This document shows, one piece after another, positions 58,144 to 64,000 of a stretch of DNA of 64,000 nt; within the stretch, counting starts at the first letter, position 1; each line of letters begins with the position of its first letter. The position numbers were made by a program, and so were the translations under genes. The notes beneath the pieces are model-generated. The model saw only the letters and a list, made by a program, of their open reading frames with translations, had not been told where the DNA came from and searched no databases. The stretch comes from Spirochaetia bacterium (lineage in GTDB: Bacteria > Spirochaetota > Spirochaetia > SZUA-6 > Bin103). The stretch is taken from NCBI GenBank assembly GCA_965203905.1, contig CBDBDQ010000005.1:704001-768000 (forward strand), given 5' to 3'.

Positions 58144-59655
58144 CTAAGCGCCGGCGATGCGCGGCATCGGCAGCGGCTCCCTGCCCAGCTCCGCGTGCAG
58201 CAACCTGCGGATCAGGTCGTTCTTCAGTTCGCGGGCCGCGGGCACGTCCCAGAGGTTGCGGACCTCGTGCGGGTCGGCGGCCAGGTCGAACAGCTCGCCG
58301 TAGTCGCGGTGGTAGTAGACGGTCAGCTTGTAGCGCTCGTCGATGAAGGTGCGGAGATGGATCGTGGTGGGCTCGTGGCGGTTCTCGACCAGCACGTGAT
58401 CGCGCAGCGCATCGCTGCGGCCGTACCAGACGGCGCTCTGATCGATGCCGGTCATCGCCGCGGGAATGGGAGTGCCGGTGGCCGCCAGGAACGTGGGCGC
58501 GAAGTCGACCAGCGACTGCAGGGCAGCGCAACGGCGGCCGGCCGGCACCGCGCCCGGCTGTGCCACGATCAGCGGCACGCGCAGCAGGTCCTCGTAGTGG
58601 AACGGCCCCTTGGCGGTGAGGCCGTGCTGGCCGAACAGGTGGCCGTGGTCGGAGGTGAACACCACCAGCGTGTCCGCGGCCAGTCGCAGCGCCTCCAGCC
58701 GCTCGAGGATGCGCCCGACCTGGTGGTCCAGCAGACTGACCATCCCGTAGTAGCAGGCGACGTCCCGGGCCAGCTCCTCCCGGTCGTGGAGATGCGAGGT
58801 GAGCCCGTGCAGCCCCTGGCCGCTCTCCCGCCAGGGCGAGAAGTCGGGGTCCTGCGTCTGGGTGAGGCGGAAGTGCGGCGGGTTGGCGTCGTGCTCGCCC
58901 GGTACCAGCGCCGGCACGGTCAGCGCGGACGGATCGTACATCCGGTCCCACGGCTCCGGGACCAGGTACTTGGGGTGAGGATCGAAGAAGCTCGCCCACA
59001 GGAAGAACCGCTCCCCGCGCCCGGCGTAGCCGTCCAGCAGATCGCAGCAGCGCTCGGCGATCCAGGTGCCGTAGTGAAACGCCTCCGGGATCTGCCAGGT
59101 TCGCCGCTGACGGTCGTTGGTGCCGGTGGGCGGGCGGAAGTAGTCGCGCCAGTTGCTCAGCCCCCGCTGCTCCATCCAGAGGGCGTAGTGCTGGCCGACG
59201 TGCGCTTCGTCGGTGTGGTTGCGCGCCAGCTCGACGTGGTCGAAGCCGTAGAACGGGCCGCGGAACCGGCGCCAGAACGCCAGGTCCTGGAGCGTGGGAT
59301 ACGCCTCCAGCGAAGGGAACTCCGCGCTGCCGGCCAACGGCTGGAAGTGCGCCTTGCCCACCAGCGCTGTGCGTACGCCGGCCGCCTGCAGGTCCTCGCC
59401 CACGGTGTGCTCGGACTCCAGCAGCTTGGTGCCCAGCGACCAGGCACCGTGCTGGCTCGGGTACTTGCCGGTGATGATCGAGGCGCGGGTCGGGGTGCAG
59501 GTGGGATTGGGACAGTAGGCGCGAGTGAACAGCGTGCCCTGCGCCCCCAGCCGGTCGAGGTTCGGGGTGCGGATCTCCGGGTTGAGGCAACCCAGGGTGT
59601 TCCAGTGCTGTTGGTCGGAGGTGATCAGGAGGACGTTGCGTGCGGCACTCGGCAT
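58144..59655 (-). CDS. Cys-type (formylglycine) sulfatase
   Basis: NVLLITSDQQ, canonical CTPTRASIITG, GKAH, DPHP, TSDHG. Confidence 0.92.
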   Translation of the reverse strand: MPSAARNVLLITSDQQHWNTLGCLNPEIRTPNLDRLGAQGTLFTRAYCPNPTCTPTRASIITGKYPSQHGAWSLGTKLLESEHTVGEDLQAAGVRTALVGKAHFQPLAGSAEFPSLEAYPTLQDLAFWRRFRGPFYGFDHVELARNHTDEAHVGQHYALWMEQRGLSNWRDYFRPPTGTNDRQRRTWQIPEAFHYGTWIAERCCDLLDGYAGRGERFFLWASFFDPHPKYLVPEPWDRMYDPSALTVPALVPGEHDANPPHFRLTQTQDPDFSPWRESGQGLHGLTSHLHDREELARDVACYYGMVSLLDHQVGRILERLEALRLAADTLVVFTSDHGHLFGQHGLTAKGPFHYEDLLRVPLIVAQPGAVPAGRRCAALQSLVDFAPTFLAATGTPIPAAMTGIDQSAVWYGRSDALRDHVLVENRHEPTTIHLRTFIDERYKLTVYYHRDYGELFDLAADPHEVRNLWDVPAARELKNDLIRRLLHAELGREPLPMPRIAGA

Positions 59656-59782
59656 GGGGCGCATCATACCCGCCATGGCGGCGGCGGCGGTTTCCCCCCG
59701 GACCACGTGGGGCTATCTTGGTGCCGCCTGCAGCGAAGCATCTCGCCCGGCGAGTTGCAGCGGGCAAGAAGGAGGACCGAAG

Positions 59783-60277
59783 GTGGGTGATCTACCGACC
59801 TACGTGCTGGAACGGACGTTCGATGCACCGCGTGAACTGGTGTGGAAGGGCTGGACCGACCCGGAGCTGTTGGCTCACTGGTACGGTCCGGGGGTGGAGA
59901 CGACGGTCCATCGCCTGGAACTGAAGCCCGGCGGATTGTGGCTCCTGGAGATGCAATGGGGTGGCAACTCCCAGTATCAGCGCGTGGAGTACACCGAGGT
60001 GAGTGCACCGCAGCGCCTGGTGTGGCTGCACTCGTCCGCCGACGCCGACTGGAACGTCATCGACAACCCGATGATGCCCGGCTGGCCGCGGGTGCTGCTG
60101 ACCACCGTGACGTTCGAGCAGGAGGACGCGCAAACCAGGCTGCGCCTGACCTGGGTGCCGCACGCGGCGAGCGAAGCCGAGATCGCCTGCTTCGCCGACG
60201 CCGTGGCCGGCATGGACAAGGGCTGGGGCGCCGGCATGGACCTGCTCAAGGAACTGCTCGCCGAACTGCAGGGCTGA
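59783..60277 (+). CDS. SRPBCC/AHSA1 domain protein
   Basis: ERTFDAPRELVWK.WTDPE.L..W.GP and C-terminal GW...D.L. GGAGG RBS with GTG start. Confidence 0.88.
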   Translation: MGDLPTYVLERTFDAPRELVWKGWTDPELLAHWYGPGVETTVHRLELKPGGLWLLEMQWGGNSQYQRVEYTEVSAPQRLVWLHSSADADWNVIDNPMMPGWPRVLLTTVTFEQEDAQTRLRLTWVPHAASEAEIACFADAVAGMDKGWGAGMDLLKELLAELQG

Positions 60278-60617
60278 ATGTTGCCCTGCCAGCCGCCACT
60301 GCCACACCGCGCCCGCGCAGGATGCCTTGCTATGCCCGGCGCCGCTGCCGTTGACGAGCTGGTCGCCCGCCTCGTGGTGGCGTAGCCAACCAAAAAAAAC
60401 CGCGAATTTCCCGACTTCGCCGGTTCAGGGGTTGACACGCCTTGGGCAGTCCAATTCGGCGCCGTCCCCGACGATGCCGGATTGGGTCTCAGAACGGGCC
60501 TGGCGCGCGCTCGGTGCGTCGCCACGCAGGAAGTGACCTTGAAAGCCCCAAATCGGCTTCCGACGCCCCTACGGGCCGTCAGGGGGTGGACGAAATCCGG
60601 GTGTACGATGGCCCATC

Positions 60618-62267
60618 ATGGAACCCGACACGACCATCCTTGCGCGCCAGGCGACGGCGCTCGTGTGCCCCCAGCCGGCGCTGACCGAGCTGCCCGCGGG
60701 CGCGGGCGCCACCGCTCAGGCCGCTCACCCTCCGGCGTCGGCGGCGGCAGCCGTGCTGCCGCAACCTGCCGCGCCACGCGACCTGGACCGCCTCGGTAAC
60801 CGCATCGCCGAGCTGGCGGCGCGCATCGACGCCGCCACCTACGAGCTGCTGTGCTACCTGCACCAGTTCAATCAGCAGCACGGCTGGGAGGGCTTCCGCT
60901 CCTGCGCCCACTGGCTCAACTGGCGCACCAGCCTCGACCTCGGCGCTGCCCGCGAGAAGCTGCGCGTGGCCGCCGCCCTGGCCGAGCTGCCCCACATCTC
61001 CGCCGCCATGGCCTGCGGCCGGCTCTCCTATTCGAAAGTCAGAGCCCTCACGCGGGTGGCTTCGCCTGCCACCGAGGCGCGGCTGCTGGCGGTGGCCAGC
61101 CGCTCCACCGCGGCGCAGGTGGAGCGGCTGGTGCGGGGCTGGCGGCAGGCGGACCAGGCCGCCCAGGCAGATAGCGAGCAGGTGCGCCTGGCAAGCCGCA
61201 TGCTGAGCACGCAGGTGGACGAGGACGGCATGCTGGTGCTGCGCGCGCGGCTGACCCCTGAGGTGGGCGCGGTGCTGCTGCGCGCCGTGGAGGCGGCGCT
61301 GGAGCAGGTACCGGCGCCGGCGGCGGGCGCGGACGGCGAGCAGCCCACGATTGCGCAGCGACGCGCCGATGCGCTGGGGCTGGTGGCCGAGAGTGCGCTG
61401 GCCGGCGGGCTCGATCCGGGCAACCCCGGCGACCGCTTCCAGGTGACTGTGCACGTGCCGGCGGGCACTCTTGCCGCGCGCGAGCCAGCCAGCGCCACGC
61501 CGCACCTTTCCGCGGAAACGCGTGCGGCCAGTGAGGCGCCCTCGCAACCGGTCACTGCCGCGGCGCCCGCGGGCAGGGAGCCGGCCACCGCCACGCCGCA
61601 CGTTGCAGCGGAAACGCCGGAAGCGACCGACGGCGCCTGCGAGTGCGCGGCCCCGTCAACGGACCTCGACGCCGGTCAGGCGGTCATTGACCAGGCAGGC
61701 GGTCTGCACCTGGGCAGGGAGGCGGCGCGCCGGGTCGCCTGCGATGCCGCCCTCGTGGCGCTGTGCCACGGCGCCGATGGCGAGGTGCTCGACGTCGGTC
61801 GCAGAACGCGCACGATCCCGACCGCCCTGCGCCGTGCCCTGCTGGACCGCGATCGCAGTCAGTGTCAGTTCCCCGGCTGCGAATCCCACCACTGCGACGC
61901 CCACCACATCGTGCACTGGGCCGACGGCGGAGCGACCAAGCTCGCCAACCTGGCTTCTCTGTGTCGATTCCACCACCGCGCGGTGCACGAAGAGGGGTTT
62001 CAGGTGGTCGCCGACGCCGTTGGGCAGTTCCAATTCCTGCGTCCGGACGGCGTGCCGTTGCCGGCGAAGCCACCGGCGGTGTGCTGGGAGGGGGCGCCGC
62101 TGGGGCCGACCGACGCGCGTCTGGCGGAAGCCGGTGTCAGCATCGGTCCCCATACCGCCACCCCCGACTGGTACGGGGAATCGCTGGACCTGGCGGCGGC
62201 GCTCGACGTGCTGTGGCAGCCGCCGGCTCGGGAAGCGCCGGCCGCCGTGGCGCGTGGCGCTCCCTGA
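60618..62267 (+). CDS. DUF222 domain + HNH endonuclease
   Basis: G.RSCAHWLNWR, GRLSYSKVRALTRVA, QRRADAL, RRVACDA, LDVGRRTRTIP..LRRAL..RD..CQFPGC...DAHHIVHW..GG.T.L.NL..LC..HH. Confidence 0.92.
   Translation: MEPDTTILARQATALVCPQPALTELPAGAGATAQAAHPPASAAAAVLPQPAAPRDLDRLGNRIAELAARIDAATYELLCYLHQFNQQHGWEGFRSCAHWLNWRTSLDLGAAREKLRVAAALAELPHISAAMACGRLSYSKVRALTRVASPATEARLLAVASRSTAAQVERLVRGWRQADQAAQADSEQVRLASRMLSTQVDEDGMLVLRARLTPEVGAVLLRAVEAALEQVPAPAAGADGEQPTIAQRRADALGLVAESALAGGLDPGNPGDRFQVTVHVPAGTLAAREPASATPHLSAETRAASEAPSQPVTAAAPAGREPATATPHVAAETPEATDGACECAAPSTDLDAGQAVIDQAGGLHLGREAARRVACDAALVALCHGADGEVLDVGRRTRTIPTALRRALLDRDRSQCQFPGCESHHCDAHHIVHWADGGATKLANLASLCRFHHRAVHEEGFQVVADAVGQFQFLRPDGVPLPAKPPAVCWEGAPLGPTDARLAEAGVSIGPHTATPDWYGESLDLAAALDVLWQPPAREAPAAVARGAP
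61482..61617 (+). repeat. Two 40-bp intragenic repeats (96-bp period) carrying a TTTCCGCGGAAA-type palindrome
   Basis: 61482-61521 and 61578-61617, encoding EPASATPHLSAET and EPATATPHVAAET. Confidence 0.8.
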
Positions 62268-62375
62268 CCGCGGCTACGTCGCGATCTGTGGGCGGACAGC
62301 CACTGGCAGTCCGACAGCTCGCCTGCAGTCGGTCGCGGCGGGTCTTCCGATCTCTCTGTTGGTGAGCGTTAACGA

Positions 62376-62831
62376 ATGATTCACCTGATGTTCACGGAGG
62401 CGGACCGGCAGCCGCGGTAGGCTAGGTGGTATGACGGGCACGGCGCTGAAGCAACAGCGAACTTCAGGCCGTTGTATGGGTACGAGGTTGCACCGATGAT
62501 TAACATAATGCCGCGCACGGAAGACACGACCAGGCATCTGACCTTGCACTACCTGGTCCTGGCATTCTCCCGGCTGCGGATACGAGACGAGGCGCTGCGT
62601 TATCTCGAGGACCTGCTTGGCTTTCTGGCCGCCGACCCGGCGGCGCGACTGCCGGAGGGCCGGACCCGCGGCGAGTTGGGGGCCGCATACCTGGACGATC
62701 TGAGCCGCAACGGCAGCTGCCGGGAGTTCGACTTCCAGTGGCTGCGCAACGATCCCGGGTTCCAGGATACCCTGCAACGCCATCGCGGACAGTTTGCAGC
62801 CCCCCTCGCCATCCCCAGCCCGGCCGGGTAG
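62376..62831 (+). pseudogene. Hypothetical ORF, possibly interrupted by an in-frame TAG
   Basis: ATG 62376 is in frame with ORF 62472-62831, with a TAG at 62418. No recognisable family. Confidence 0.3.
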
Positions 62832-62889
62832 TCGCGCCGACCTGCGCCTGGATCTGACCGGGGCGGAGGCATAGACTCCGCCACAGGTC

Positions 62890-64000
62890 ATGAACTATCT
62901 GCCGCCCGATCCGCTGCGCCTGTGGGACTGCTGGATCCTCCCGTGGGAAGGCGAGTATCACCTGATCCACCTCCAGTACACGCTCGCCGAGCTGGAGGAC
63001 GGTACGGTTGCCAACCGCTGGGCCGGCCTGGGGCACGCCGTGTCGCGCGACCTGGTGCGCTGGCAGCGGCGTCCCACCATCGAGATCGAGGAGGTCGCCG
63101 GGAGCTGGGAGTCCCGGATCGGCCTGACCGGCACGCTGCTCCGCCACGAGGGACGGTTCTGGATGTTCTACGGCGCCTCCGACGGCGGCGTGCAGCGCCT
63201 GGGCGCCCTGCTCTCCGACGACCTCGTCACCTGGCGCAAGCACCCCGCCAACCCGCTGGTGGGCTCCGCGCCGCCATATCACAACGAGCGCGACGCGCGT
63301 GAGCCTCCTTATGTGAACGTGTGGTGGCGCGACCCGCACATCTCCTGGCGCGAGGACCTCGGCTGCTACGAGATGCTGGTCGGAGCGCGGCTGCCCTACC
63401 GCGGGCAGGGCAAGTCGGGCACCTGCATCGCCCGTGCGCGGTCGCGCGACCTGGTGCACTGGAGCCACCTCGAGCCGCTGGTGGACGTGGGCGACCGGTT
63501 GCTGGTGGCCGACGTCCCGGATCGCTTCGCGATCGACGGCACCTGGTATCTCACCTTCAACAGCGCCTCCACCTGGGGGCGGCGCATCGCCAGCCCGACC
63601 CGCCCCAAGCCGAGCGGCTCCTTCTACATGGTCGGTGCCACCGCGGACGGCCCGTTCGAGTTCCCGGACGATCCGTGTCTGCTGGGAGCCGGACACGGAG
63701 GCCAGGGTCCCACGGTCCTGTTCACGCTCGACGACTCCGGTGGCGCACCACACCGGCGGCTCGCCTTCCATCACCACGGCTGGCCCGATTCGCACCGGTC
63801 ACGCGCTTCTTTCCGGCCGTCGCTGGCGTTGCCCAAGTACCTGGTCCAGAACGCCGACCGCAGCCTCGGTCTCGTCTTTCATCCGGCCGTCGCCGCACTG
63901 GAGGCGCGGGTGCTGGCGGAGACGCTGGACGTCGCCGGCGCCGACACCCGCTACCGCACCACCGGCGAGTGGGAGCACCGCGGCACGGCCACGCACGGCC
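62890..64000 (+). CDS. GH32/GH68-like beta-propeller glycosidase, runs off the 3' edge (not in ORF track)
   Basis: MNYLPPDPLRLWDCW, GHAVSRDLVRW, SDDLVTWRK..NP, WRDPH, SRDLVHW. No stop seen before the window end. Confidence 0.8.
   Translation, partial: MNYLPPDPLRLWDCWILPWEGEYHLIHLQYTLAELEDGTVANRWAGLGHAVSRDLVRWQRRPTIEIEEVAGSWESRIGLTGTLLRHEGRFWMFYGASDGGVQRLGALLSDDLVTWRKHPANPLVGSAPPYHNERDAREPPYVNVWWRDPHISWREDLGCYEMLVGARLPYRGQGKSGTCIARARSRDLVHWSHLEPLVDVGDRLLVADVPDRFAIDGTWYLTFNSASTWGRRIASPTRPKPSGSFYMVGATADGPFEFPDDPCLLGAGHGGQGPTVLFTLDDSGGAPHRRLAFHHHGWPDSHRSRASFRPSLALPKYLVQNADRSLGLVFHPAVAALEARVLAETLDVAGADTRYRTTGEWEHRGTATHG

Noticed and set aside
61500-61527. Bona fide parS site
   Set aside because: The centre CCGCGG differs from the CACGTG consensus, and no parAB or origin genes are in the window. 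Kept only as an unexplained palindrome.
1-64000. rRNA, tRNA, riboswitch or prophage
   Set aside because: No recognisable signatures by eye. A covariance-model scan would be needed to exclude small RNAs.

Overview
GC-rich bacterial chromosomal window, probably Spirochaetota (inferred from the W-A-G/A-G-x-E-E style N-termini of the solute-binding proteins and a short SSB without an acidic tail). It is dominated by nutrient scavenging: three Opp/Dpp-type and one CUT1 sugar ABC importer clusters (none with an ATPase in the window), two ABC-2-type systems, several GH32-like or beta-propeller glycosidases, ribulokinase, AraD1, LarA, three sulfatase-fold enzymes (two with Thr at the nucleophile position), hydantoinase A/B, and housekeeping ssb and mutM. 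Interspersed are about eight toxin-antitoxin (TA) or TA-like modules, most of them decayed, plus an IS1595 remnant and a DUF222-HNH gene. The most striking structure is recurrent. At four loci a degenerate same-orientation copy of part of a gene lies upstream of that gene (5552-6183, 14271-14504, 31208-31222, 36855-37021). Three of these copies adjoin TA-like cargo, and no integrase is present. No rRNA, tRNA or CRISPR array was seen. All family calls come from motif recognition by eye; no database search was run.
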